From positions 1 through 45,664 of the forward strand of contig LLZO01000003.1 of assembly GCA_001567545.1 (NCBI GenBank): DNA of 45,664 nt, read 5' to 3'. The first letter of the stretch is position 1, and the number at the start of each line of letters is the position of its first letter. A program made the position numbers and the translations under genes. The stretch is from Candidatus Tepidiaquacellales bacterium OLB5 (GTDB lineage Bacteria; Bacteroidota; Ignavibacteria; Tepidaquicellales; OLB5). Below are positions 1-10,972 of the stretch, piece by piece. The notes under the pieces were generated by a model that saw only the letters and a program-made list of their open reading frames with translations, searched no databases and had not been told where the DNA came from.

Positions 1-368
1 TTTTTGTTAAGCATCACAAATTTATTTTTAGAAAGGATGACAGGGTCAATTATTAATTTCAAATTTCTTTCTTTGTTCAGCACTTCAGCAATAATATCAA
101 TAATTCTATCATTAGCCAGCATACCTGTTTTTACCGCTTTAATATCAAAATCGCTGAAAACGCTTTTCAGCTGTTCAAGAACAGCTTTATGCGGCAAAGT
201 ATATGAGGACTGTACTCCTTTAGTATTCTGCGCAGTTACTGCTGTAATGACAGATAATCCGTAAAGACCGTGATTTTTAAATGTCTTCAGGTCAGATTGA
301 ATACCCGCACCGGCACCGGAATCTGACCCAGCAATTGTTAATACACATTTTTTTCTATTAACAGCCAT
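1..368 (-). CDS. thiD: Hydroxymethylpyrimidine/phosphomethylpyrimidine kinase, 3' end runs off the window
   Basis: Read by hand from ATG at 368: MAVNRKKCVLTIAGSDSGAGAGIQSDLKTF..., the ThiD N-terminal signature. The start overlaps the thiE stop. Confidence 0.93.
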   Translation of the reverse strand, partial: MAVNRKKCVLTIAGSDSGAGAGIQSDLKTFKNHGLYGLSVITAVTAQNTKGVQSSYTLPHKAVLEQLKSVFSDFDIKAVKTGMLANDRIIDIIAEVLNKERNLKLIIDPVILSKNKFVMLNK

Positions 369-984
369 AAATTAGTTTTCTTAAATTCTTCAGTGTTTTT
401 GCTGGATCACTGCTTTTTAGAACAGAGCCTGCAACTGCTGCGCCGTGAACTTCAGTACACATAACATCTGTTATATTTTCAGGACCAATACCCCCTATAG
501 CATAAACCGGTATTTTAATTTTTTTAACTATCTCAGATAATTTTTTAATTCCTTTTGGTTTTTCAGGTTTAAATTTTGTTTTGGTCGGATAAATATGTCC
601 GTATCCTATATAATCAGCCCCCAGTGCCTGGCATGATAAGGCTTCTGCAAGGTTATGTGCTGTTCCCCCTATAATTTTTCTGTTCCCCAGAAGTTTTCTT
701 GCTTCACGTATGGGTAAATCCGTTCTGCCTAAATGAACCCCGTCAGCATCAGATACCATTGCAATATCAACCCTGTCATTAATGATAAATGTAATATTAT
801 GCTTTTTGCACAGGCGTGAAATCTTAATTGCCTCTTCTGCAATCAAACCGGATGGTTTGTTTTTATCACGAAGCTGAATAACATCTGCCCCGGCTTTTAC
901 AGCTATCCTGGCAATTTCGTAATGGGAATATTTCTTCTGGATTTCTGTATCTGTGATAAGATATAATCTTCCTAATTTCTTCAT
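358..984 (-). CDS. thiE: Thiamine-phosphate synthase
   Basis: LYLITD, IQLRDK, INDRVD, ADGVHLG, ADYIGYG, TKTK and AIGGI motifs. The true start is probably ATG 984 (MKKLGRLY), which forms a TAATG overlap with the upstream stop, rather than 1092. Confidence 0.92.
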   Translation of the reverse strand: MKKLGRLYLITDTEIQKKYSHYEIARIAVKAGADVIQLRDKNKPSGLIAEEAIKISRLCKKHNITFIINDRVDIAMVSDADGVHLGRTDLPIREARKLLGNRKIIGGTAHNLAEALSCQALGADYIGYGHIYPTKTKFKPEKPKGIKKLSEIVKKIKIPVYAIGGIGPENITDVMCTEVHGAAVAGSVLKSSDPAKTLKNLRKLIYGC

Positions 985-1628
985 TACAGCTCTCCAAGCT
1001 CTTTCCTGTAAATACTGATTGTCTTCCTGATATTTCCCGTAATCATAAATTCCCGTATACCTGCAATTCCATATGCTCCGGCAGCTGTACACTTTTTAAT
1101 TCTCATCGGATTAATTCCGCCAACCGCATAAACAGGGATATTTACATTATCACATACTTTTTTCAATTTTTTCAGACCCTGCGGCTTTCCGTACTTAATT
1201 TTTGCCGGAGTTCTGAAAACAGGTCCGAATAAAAGATAATCCGCACCATCATTTTCTGCTTTAACTGCTTCGCTGACTGAATGCACACTTTTTCCTATCA
1301 ATTTTCCCGGAAACACTTTTATTACATCTTTCAGTTTGAAACTGTTTCCGGGTAAATGAATTCCGGCAGAATTTGTTAAAAGAGCAATATCGATCCTCTC
1401 ATTAACAATTAGAGAAGTATTTTTATTAATTGAGCTCCTGATCTTTAATGCAGTTTCAAGCATGGTTAATGAATCCATTTCTTTTTCCCTGAGCTGGATT
1501 GCTTTTATACCATTTGCAGAAAGTGTTGAGATTTTTTTAATAAAATTTTTGCCGGCAAGTTTTTTATCTGTTATAACAAGAAGCCGGAAATTTGGTTTGT
1601 TATTTGGAAAGTGTTTGTTAATGATCAG
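984..1628 (-). CDS. Second ThiE-fold protein, likely TenI-like thiazole tautomerase
   Basis: NERID, GIHLP, KSVHS, ADYLLFGPVF and AVGGI motifs. The frame stays open upstream of ATG 1478 and encodes the conserved RLLVITD and AIQLREK, so the start is probably CTG at 1628. TenI assignment rests on co-occurrence with thiO. Confidence 0.8.
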   Translation of the reverse strand: MIINKHFPNNKPNFRLLVITDKKLAGKNFIKKISTLSANGIKAIQLREKEMDSLTMLETALKIRSSINKNTSLIVNERIDIALLTNSAGIHLPGNSFKLKDVIKVFPGKLIGKSVHSVSEAVKAENDGADYLLFGPVFRTPAKIKYGKPQGLKKLKKVCDNVNIPVYAVGGINPMRIKKCTAAGAYGIAGIREFMITGNIRKTISIYRKELGEL

Positions 1629-1957
1629 TCCCGTTTTTTGATGATAAACTCCTGCCCGGTTCTGTAATCGGTATAAATCCCGCCTGTGTAATCCTGTTTA
1701 AATACCAGCGTGCCGGTTTGCCTGGTAGTTTGTTTTACTTTTTGCCATTCAAGCCAAATCTGGTCATTTTCAGGAGTATTTTCTTCATACTGCAGCAGTC
1801 TTTTGATATTGCCGTCTTCATATATGATATAATAGAAATTGTCCTCAATTGTTATAGTGACTTTTTGCTCACCCACAAAATAGTTACCGGTAAATGACTG
1901 TGAATAAATTACACCTGAAAACAATATCAGTAAAAATTTTACAATGCTTTTTATCAT
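1625..1957 (-). CDS. Small hypothetical secreted protein inside the thi operon
   Basis: 110-aa ORF with a signal-peptide-like N-terminus (MIKSIVKFLLILFSGVIYSQ), tightly packed between thiG and the tenI-like gene. Confidence 0.75.
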   Translation of the reverse strand: MIKSIVKFLLILFSGVIYSQSFTGNYFVGEQKVTITIEDNFYYIIYEDGNIKRLLQYEENTPENDQIWLEWQKVKQTTRQTGTLVFKQDYTGGIYTDYRTGQEFIIKKRD

Positions 1958-1968
1958 ATAATATCTGA

Positions 1969-2746
1969 TTACGAATTAATAATTCCTTCAAGCGGGCTTG
2001 AAGCATTAGCATAAAGCCTTTTCGGAATTCTGCCCGGATTCAAAAGCCAGCCTTCCTGCTTCAATTGCCAGCTTCATTGCACGCGCCATTTTTACAGGAT
2101 GTTCTGCACCGGCAATTGCTGTATTCATAAGGATACCATCAACGCCAAGCTCCATTGCAAGAGCAGCATCGCTTGCTGTGCCAACACCTGCATCTACAAT
2201 AACAGGTATATCAATAATTTCCCTGATTATCTGGATATTATACGGATTGCGGATTCCCATACCAGACCCGATAGGTGCCCCTAGAGGCATTACAGCAGCG
2301 CAGCCCATATCAGCCAGCTTGCGGCAGGTAACAGGGTCATCGTTGCAGTATGGCAATACAACAAATCCATCCCTCAAAAGCTGCTCGGAAGCTTTAAGAA
2401 GCTCTGTAACATCAGGGAAAAGGGTTTCATCATCGCCGATAACTTCAAGCTTTACCCAGTTGGTTTCCAGCGCTTCACGCGCTAACTGCGCAGTAAGAAC
2501 TGCTTCTTTTGCAGTGTAACAGCCTGCAGTATTGGGGAGTATAGAATATTTATTCCTGTCAATCATATTCATTATACTTTCCTGTCCGTTCCCTGCATTC
2601 AGGTTAAGCCTGCGGATTGATACAGTTATAAAATCCGTTCCGCTTGCTTCAAGAGCTTCCAGCATTGTATGGGGATCCGGATACCTTGATGTACCCACTA
2701 TCAATCTGGATTTGAATTCTTTTCCTGCTATTATTAAGTTGCTCAT
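1969..2746 (-). CDS. thiG: Thiazole synthase (apparent +1 frameshift near 2033-2035)
   Basis: [33 protein letters not shown] and DAGVG motifs. Removing one base restores the typical C-terminus [21 protein letters not shown], with stop at 1969. Confidence 0.95.
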
Positions 2747-2761
2747 GTGTATTTATATTCC

Positions 2762-2843
2762 TAATCAGGGGCTTGCCGAAGGCACTCCTTTGGCTAAAGC
2801 CCATATTTTTTTCACTTATCCACGATCTAAAGGTCGTGGCAAT
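2762..2843. repeat. REP-like dispersed repeat between thiS and thiG
   Basis: taatcaggggcttgccgaaggcactcctt (2762-2790) recurs at 45636-45663. The palindrome ttatccacgatctaaaggtcgtggcaat (2816-2843) recurs inverted at 45565-45592 with 1 mismatch. Confidence 0.8.
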
Positions 2844-2870
2844 TCATTTTTTTCTGTTTTTCACTATAAT

Positions 2871-2905
2871 TTTTGACATTTGGATTTTAGCATTTGGCAT
2901 TTTGC
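2871..2905. repeat. Degenerate heptamer tandem array
   Basis: ttttgac-atttgga-ttttagc-atttggc-attttgc, directly after the thiS stop. Confidence 0.6.
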
Positions 2906-2911
2906 CCCTTT

Positions 2912-3118
2912 TTATCCTCCTTGTACAGCATGGACGATCTCAATACTATCATTTTCATTTACAGCTGTTTCATTCCATTTGCTTTTTGGGACTATCATAT
3001 CATTTACAGCAACGGCAATCCCCCGCAGTTCTTTTTTATTCAGCCGCATAATTACAAATTCTTCTAAGCTCATTTTTTCAGCTATCTGAACTGACTCACC
3101 GTTAATTTTAATGTTCAT
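2912..3118 (-). CDS. thiS: Sulfur carrier protein ThiS
   Basis: 68 aa, IAVAVN motif, C-terminal AVQGG. Confidence 0.95.
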   Translation of the reverse strand: MNIKINGESVQIAEKMSLEEFVIMRLNKKELRGIAVAVNDMIVPKSKWNETAVNENDSIEIVHAVQGG

Positions 3119-3123
3119 ATTTT

Positions 3124-4242
3124 CTATACAGTTTCTTTATAAAATCTTTCAATACCAAATCCTTTTAAAACATCACTTTTATTCCCTGTACTTATCCATT
3201 CAGCCATTTCAAATGCAGTAACCGGGGTAAGAAGGATGCCGTTGCGGTAATGGCCTGTAGCAAAATATAACCCTTCAACTTCAGAATCGCCCACAATAGG
3301 CATGTGGTCACGGCTTCCGGGTCTTAAACCAACATCAATCGATTCGATTGGCAGGTCATAAATGGAAGGAACTGCTTCCCAGCCTCTTTCCAGCAGGCGG
3401 AAAATTTCTCCGGCAGTTGGATTGACATCGAATCCCTGTTCTTCGACACTTGCTCCTACTATCAGCCTTCCGTCACTTTTAGGAAGCAGGTATACATCAG
3501 GTGCCCTTACAACCTTAGATATTTTACAGCTATCATTAAGCCTCAGGTTTATGATCTGCCCTTTTACGGGTCTGACCGGCGGCAATAAATTATCCGGCAA
3601 TCCCTTAATCTGTTTTGACCATGACCCGGCTGCAACTACAACATTATTAAAATTTAAGTTTGTACCGTGAACTTTAATTCCTTTTACTTTATCACCTTCA
3701 ATGATTATTTCCTCAACCTCGTGGTCTTCATACAGCCTGCCGCCGCATTTTACAAATGCAATTTTAAGCGCATCAAGCAAAAGGCGGTTATTTATCTGTG
3801 CATCATCCTCGATCCATATTGCACCGGTACACCTTGGTGAAAGAAAAGGCTCAATTTCCCTTGCTTCGCTTCCTGTAAGCCAAAGTACCGGCATCCCTAT
3901 TTTTTCCCGGAAATCATACAGCCTGCGTAATCTTTCAGCATCATCCCTGTCAAATCCGGGCAGTATACAGCCGGTTCTTTCAAGCTCAACTTTAATACCG
4001 CTGTCATTATACAGTTCTTCAGTAAAGCGGGGAAACAGATCCAGGCTGCTGCGGCATAAATAGAACAGCTCGATATCTTCAAAGCCCATTTCAGCCTGCG
4101 GAGCCAGCATTCCGGCAGCAGCTCGGCTTGCGCTTAAGCCTGCTTTATCTTTTTCAAGGATTTCAACATTAACACCCTTTTTAGCAAGCTGCCAGCCGAT
4201 TGAAAGACCTATTATTCCGCCGCCGATAATTACAGTATTCAT
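3124..4242 (-). CDS. thiO: Glycine oxidase
   Basis: GGGIIG Rossmann motif, ASRAAAGMLAP, PVKGQ, GLRP and TGHYRNGILL. Start placed at ATG 4242 (MNTVIIGGG). Confidence 0.93.
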   Translation of the reverse strand: MNTVIIGGGIIGLSIGWQLAKKGVNVEILEKDKAGLSASRAAAGMLAPQAEMGFEDIELFYLCRSSLDLFPRFTEELYNDSGIKVELERTGCILPGFDRDDAERLRRLYDFREKIGMPVLWLTGSEAREIEPFLSPRCTGAIWIEDDAQINNRLLLDALKIAFVKCGGRLYEDHEVEEIIIEGDKVKGIKVHGTNLNFNNVVVAAGSWSKQIKGLPDNLLPPVRPVKGQIINLRLNDSCKISKVVRAPDVYLLPKSDGRLIVGASVEEQGFDVNPTAGEIFRLLERGWEAVPSIYDLPIESIDVGLRPGSRDHMPIVGDSEVEGLYFATGHYRNGILLTPVTAFEMAEWISTGNKSDVLKGFGIERFYKETV

Positions 4243-4312
4243 AATTTTACTTAAATGCCTTATATCCTGATTTAAATATATTTGGTTTCTTATTTTTAAA
4301 TTAATAAACTTC

Positions 4313-4956
4313 ACCGCCGAGACGCAAAGACGCTAAAATTTAATAATTATTTACAAATCTTTTAAAACCTTCTTTTAAAATTGGAACATTGAAATTCACT
4401 AAAAATCCTAATTTTAGTTTTGTTAATTTAAGGTAAGAAATAATTTGCGCCTGATAAACAGGGATCATTTTTTCACAAGATTTATTTTCCATTATTATTA
4501 GTTCATCAACCAAAATATCAATTTTTAATTCTTTTCCTACTGAAAACCCTTTATAAATCAGAGGTAACAAAACCTGGTTTCTGGCGGGAATTCCCCTTAA
4601 TTCAAATTCTTTCATTAAGCAAAATTCATATACTGATTCTAAAAGACCTGGACCCATTTCTTTATGAACTGTAATACAAGCATCAAGTATTTCCGAAGAC
4701 AAATATTCCATCTTTTCTTTTTCAGTAGAGAATAATTTGTTTTTATAATTCATAATTTTCTTTGCGACTTTGCGACTTAGCGGTTTAAATATAATTTAAA
4801 AATAAATTTTCAAGAATATATAATTCTAAAATAAAATATTTAAACTTCAAAATTTGATCCCCGCCTTGCTGCCTGCACTTTCAATTTAACATGCACTTCG
4901 TAAAATGATTAAGAATAGTGTTGAATTATTTTTTGCGTCTTAGCATCTTTGCGGTT
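4313..4956. repeat. Three copies of a triple-octamer repeat bracketing the GxxExxY gene
   Basis: 4313-4337 accgccgagacgcaaagacgctaaa on +. On the minus strand, 4760-4785 reads aaccgctaagtcgcaaagtcgcaaag and 4931-4956 reads aaccgcaaagatgctaagacgcaaaa. Confidence 0.85.
4340..4753 (-). CDS. GxxExxY family protein (PD-(D/E)XK-like fold)
   Basis: VHKEMGPGLLESVYE signature, IDILVD..IMENK, and AQIISYLK..LGFLVNFN. Confidence 0.92.
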   Translation of the reverse strand: MNYKNKLFSTEKEKMEYLSSEILDACITVHKEMGPGLLESVYEFCLMKEFELRGIPARNQVLLPLIYKGFSVGKELKIDILVDELIIMENKSCEKMIPVYQAQIISYLKLTKLKLGFLVNFNVPILKEGFKRFVNNY

Positions 4957-4962
4957 AAAATT

Positions 4963-7087
<2,125 letters not shown>

Positions 7088-7091
7088 ATTC

Positions 7092-7193
7092 TGTTTTCCT
7101 ACGCCGGCATTACCCGGATCAGGTTTCAGTCACACTTTTAACGGTGTGACAAGGGTTTGATCTCAGCCTCTTTATTAAGAAGCACCCCTGTTA
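7092..7193 (-). promoter_or_regulatory. TPP riboswitch (atypical variant)
   Basis: Minus strand reads GGGGUGC...GGCUGAGAUCAAACCC...GAAACCUGAUCCGGGUAAUGCCGGCGUAGGAA, the TPP consensus, directly upstream of thiC. Confidence 0.95.
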
Positions 7194-7199
7194 CTGTTT

Positions 7200-7207
7200 C
7201 AAATATA
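7200..7207 (-). promoter_or_regulatory. Bacteroidota-type -7 promoter element (TATATTTG) of the thi operon
   Basis: Matches TAnnTTTG just 5' of the riboswitch. The same motif sits upstream of pgsA-like (12033-12040, -), ndh (23885-23892) and the VIT gene (27840-27847). Confidence 0.65.
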
Positions 7208-7613
7208 GTTAAATTGTTTAAATAATGAAACTAAAATGATACTCTAAACCCTCCTCACTTTTTGAGAATAAATTAAATACGAATATACTCATTAATTTCT
7301 TGTCTACAAAATCGATTTCACTTCAAGATTTCTATCAGATAAATCAACGATATATATCATTGTTTTACCTTAATTAATACATTAAATTTGTTCAGTAAAT
7401 TTATAAATGACTGGTGTTTACAGAAAATTCATCGGTATTAATTGTTAAATAACTTTATAGAAACAGATTCGCAAAGTATTTTTACCTGATACACAAAAGT
7501 GTGTTGCTTGAATTAGATGTGATATTTATGCATTATAATTATAATATCAAAGAAATTTTTAATAATCTAATTATATTCTACTCTTAGACCTATTACTAAT
7601 GTAAATAAAAAAA

Positions 7614-8069
7614 ATGAAATATCTACTTATTAAGATTGTCCAAATTGGGAAATATAGCGCAGATGAGAGATTTAAAATGCACATAGCTCAATCACATAAA
7701 TTACCGAATTATACATGCTGGGGATCGAATCATAATCTTAAACCTGAAACGATAAATAATATGATTTCTGATAATAAGAAAATGGGTTATAAGTCCTATA
7801 TTCTAGTACTGTATTCCTCTAAAGAAAGAAGAACTGTAACAAATTTTGAGTATAAAGCACAACTATTAAAAGCTTTTAAGAAAAAATCAAAATGCAAAAT
7901 TGTACCAAATAATCTTAAAAAAAATAAACACAAATTATGGCTAAAATTAAAAAACTTTAGTGATATAAGTAAAAATTATAATTATGAGCTTAAAAATTTT
8001 AGAACGATTAATGACACTCCTTTACAAAACATTAATCTCTGTACTATGGCAAGAATAAAGAAAATCTAA
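7614..8069 (+). CDS. Hypothetical basic protein in the AT-rich patch
   Basis: 151-aa Lys-rich ORF with very AT-rich codons; no firmly recognised family. Confidence 0.6.
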   Translation: MKYLLIKIVQIGKYSADERFKMHIAQSHKLPNYTCWGSNHNLKPETINNMISDNKKMGYKSYILVLYSSKERRTVTNFEYKAQLLKAFKKKSKCKIVPNNLKKNKHKLWLKLKNFSDISKNYNYELKNFRTINDTPLQNINLCTMARIKKI

Positions 8070-8212
8070 AATGCCGTACATTTATTTTAGAAATGTAATT
8101 AAATATAAAAATTTAAAAAATAGTATTGCAGTAAAAAAAATAATGTGTTTAATTATACTAAAAAATCAATTTATTTAACAGCAGTATTGTAAAAACAATG
8201 TAGCAAAATATA

Positions 8213-8895
8213 ATGAAAAATAAAATTTCTTATTTAGTTTCATTGTTTGTTATAATCTCAGTGATGATTTTTTGTTCAAATAAAACTGAAAAAAAAAGAT
8301 AAGTCACAGGAACAAATTCAAACAAATCAAGACCAAACCAATCAAAATAAGGTTATAGATGAAGCTAAAGAAAAAAAATCCTGAAGATTCAAGTATTGAA
8401 ATATTTGATGGTGAAACAGCAATCATAAATGACCCTGATGGTTTTACAAATATAAGATATCAACCTAATACCAATTCAGAAATCCTAGATAAAATAATTG
8501 ATGGTGAAGAATTTCAAGTTATAGTTGATTTATCTAAAGATTGGTGGAAAGTAAAGACTAAAAAAGGTATAATTGGTTATGTACATAAAAGTAGAGTTAG
8601 GTTATTTAATGAAGATAAATATAATAAACCACAAACTAAGAAATCATTTGGCGGAACATTTATTGACGATACATACAAAGCACAATTCGTTATTGATAAA
8701 TTTGGAAAAGGTACAGTTGAGTATAGTACATCTTTATTTGGAGGTAGTATTCAACAAGGTATTTATACGCAATCAGGGAATACATTACATTTTGTGTTTG
8801 ATAGTGGTCGAAGTAATACTGTCAATATATCAGAAAATGAATCTTCTTACTATTTCTACATAGGAGAAACTAGGTACAAAAAAATAAATAATTAG
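8213..8895 (+). CDS. SH3-domain lipoprotein (two apparent poly-A frameshifts at about 8289-8297 and 8371-8378)
   Basis: ATG 8213 gives MKNKISYLVSLFVIISVMIFC, a lipoprotein-like signal. After correction it joins the INDPDGFTNIRYQPNTNS...WWKVKTKKGIIGYVHKSRV bacterial SH3 domain. Confidence 0.75.
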
Positions 8896-8926
8896 TTTCT
8901 GGTTTCTAATAATTAATTATATTAAT

Positions 8927-9416
8927 ATGCGAAAATTATTATTTGAATTTATTTTTCTATTAATTTGTAATTTTCTTATTCACAAGATACAAAAGATGAA
9001 TATGAGCACGGTGGACTATTCAATTGGTTTGGAAAATGGTCGAGGGCTTACCAACATGACTTTATAATAATCAATCCTCAAGTTTTCGATAACAGATATC
9101 GTAATTTATATACTTGGCAGGGCAATAATTCATACAAATACTATTATTGGATGTTTTCTGATGGCAACTACATTTTGCCCCGTCTGTCGAACAAAAGACC
9201 ATTATCTTTGGTCTATTTGAGAAACAATGTCCTGATTACTCTGTGAGTATTGTTGCTAAAGGCAAACTTTATACTCAACCAAGAGTAAAAAGTAACAACA
9301 GCGATTATATATATTACTCAGAGGAGTTATGGTATAATGATTTAATAATTGCTTCTAATGATACTTTAGAAGTAAGGAATGTCGGCAATCCTTATTACAA
9401 GTTGAAAGATTATTAA
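8927..9416 (+). pseudogene. Fragmented hypothetical secreted protein
   Basis: MRKLLFEFIFLLICNF(S)YSQ signal-like start. Two frame changes (about 8972 and 9178) give a continuous aromatic-rich protein ending ...NPYYKLKDY*. Confidence 0.4.
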
Positions 9417-9688
9417 AATACTGTATAGTTTGGAATGCCCTGAAGTCATTGAATTATCAAGAAGAGATGCGATATTAGAAAAGCCAAAAGAAGCTATTTT
9501 TAAAGCATTAAAAGGGACAATAGTGACAATGAATCTTTTAGCCTCTAGGCGTTGATTAAGGGACATTTAAAGCCCTTAGGTAAGAACCAGTTTATAATTC
9601 ACCAGACTTTAATTATACTCCATATTCAGCTTATTTCCTACAAAAATTCACGTAACTATTTTTTAATACTGTAAAAAAAATCAATTAT

Positions 9689-10360
9689 TTAATTTAAAGT
9701 ATAAAAATCCTCTTTTTCGTGGTTATGCAGCCTTATCAGGTCAGCTCTTACCAGATTGACAAGTATCCTGCTTGCGCGCCTGTTAGAAAGATTCAGCATT
9801 TCCCTGAATTCTTTCAAAGTTATTTTTTCATTTTTCCCAAGATAATCGATCAGTACTTTTTCTTTATCTCCAAGGTTAATTATCTGCGCAGGTGCATCCT
9901 GCCTAAGTTTCTTTAAAACCTTTATTGTTTCCTTTGAAGCCTGGACAGAACGGTCTTTCACCCTTATGTAAACTTTAGTTTCATCATCATCAGATTTTCC
10001 ATTTTCAATAAGCCTGTGCGGTTTCTGCAAACTCTCCGGTATATTTACCAAAATCACATCTTTCCGGAAAATATGGATTATATCGGCAGTATATTCCAGC
10101 GGCGGGTCGCAAAAAAATTTTGCAGCAAGGTCGATATATTCAATTTCACCCTTTTCGCTTTCAACACCAACAACGGTCTTATCATCATCAATCCCGAACA
10201 GGATCCTTCCGCCGTGAGTATTAGCAAATGCTATCATTTCCTTTGCAATTTTTTCAGGCTCTGTGAATTTCCGTTTAAATTCAGTATGCTGGTTTTCACC
10301 GCCTTCTATAATTTCATTTATTTCAATTAATGAAATCCTGTTTTTAAAGTTCCGTTTCAA
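9689..10360 (-). CDS. AlbA_2/Schlafen-like domain protein with C-terminal HTH
   Basis: GENQHTEFKR, AFANTHGGRILFGIDD and YIR motifs; winged-helix-like C-terminus. Confidence 0.85.
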   Translation of the reverse strand: MKRNFKNRISLIEINEIIEGGENQHTEFKRKFTEPEKIAKEMIAFANTHGGRILFGIDDDKTVVGVESEKGEIEYIDLAAKFFCDPPLEYTADIIHIFRKDVILVNIPESLQKPHRLIENGKSDDDETKVYIRVKDRSVQASKETIKVLKKLRQDAPAQIINLGDKEKVLIDYLGKNEKITLKEFREMLNLSNRRASRILVNLVRADLIRLHNHEKEDFYTLN

Positions 10361-10381
10361 ATTCAGTATCTTTTAATAAAA

Positions 10382-10821
10382 TCATTTTTTAACAACACTA
10401 TCCAGATAACTTTGCAGCATTAAAGCTGCAGAAATAATATCAATGTTTCCTTTATCCTGCCTTTTTTTCTTTTTCATTCCGGATTCTAACATTGATCAGC
10501 CGCCAGGCTTGATGTGAATCTTTCATCCCACCTTGTAACAGCAATACCTGCTGTTTCAGCATTTCCTGCCAAAACGGCAACAAGCTCATTTTCAAATTTT
10601 TCGGTTTCAAGGGTTTGCTGTGTTTTCTGTCCTTTTAAATTTAAAGGATAACCCAGAACGATCTGCGAAATATTTTCTTCAGTAATTATTTTTTTTAATT
10701 CATTGTAAAGATGTTTATTGTTATCAATTACTTTTCTGCCAAAAGCAATAGTAGAAGAGTCATCGGAAACAGCAATCCCGACTCTCACTTTGCCATAATC
10801 TATACCTAATATCTTTGACAT
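10382..10821 (-). CDS. ruvX: RuvX/YqgF pre-16S rRNA nuclease (apparent 1-nt deletion near 10495)
   Basis: ILGIDYGKVRVGIAVSD, VLGYP and WDERFTS. A one-base correction restores ...DKGNIDIISAALMLQSYLDS, with stop at 10382. Confidence 0.92.
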
Positions 10822-10972
10822 TTACCGCAGGAATTCAGAAAATTGAGAGAATAGAAAATCACTCGCTTAAAATAATGTTTAAGCCGGTAAGATTCAGTAC
10901 CAAACTGCAAAAACAGAATACAATATAGAATATTTCTGCAGTTTGAGTACTAAACTTAGACTAAAGAAAATA

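Noticed and set aside
9689-10360. AlbA_2/Schlafen-like gene as an anti-phage system
   Set aside because: It has host-like composition, lies in line with ruvX, HU and pgsA-like genes, and has no defence partner nearby.
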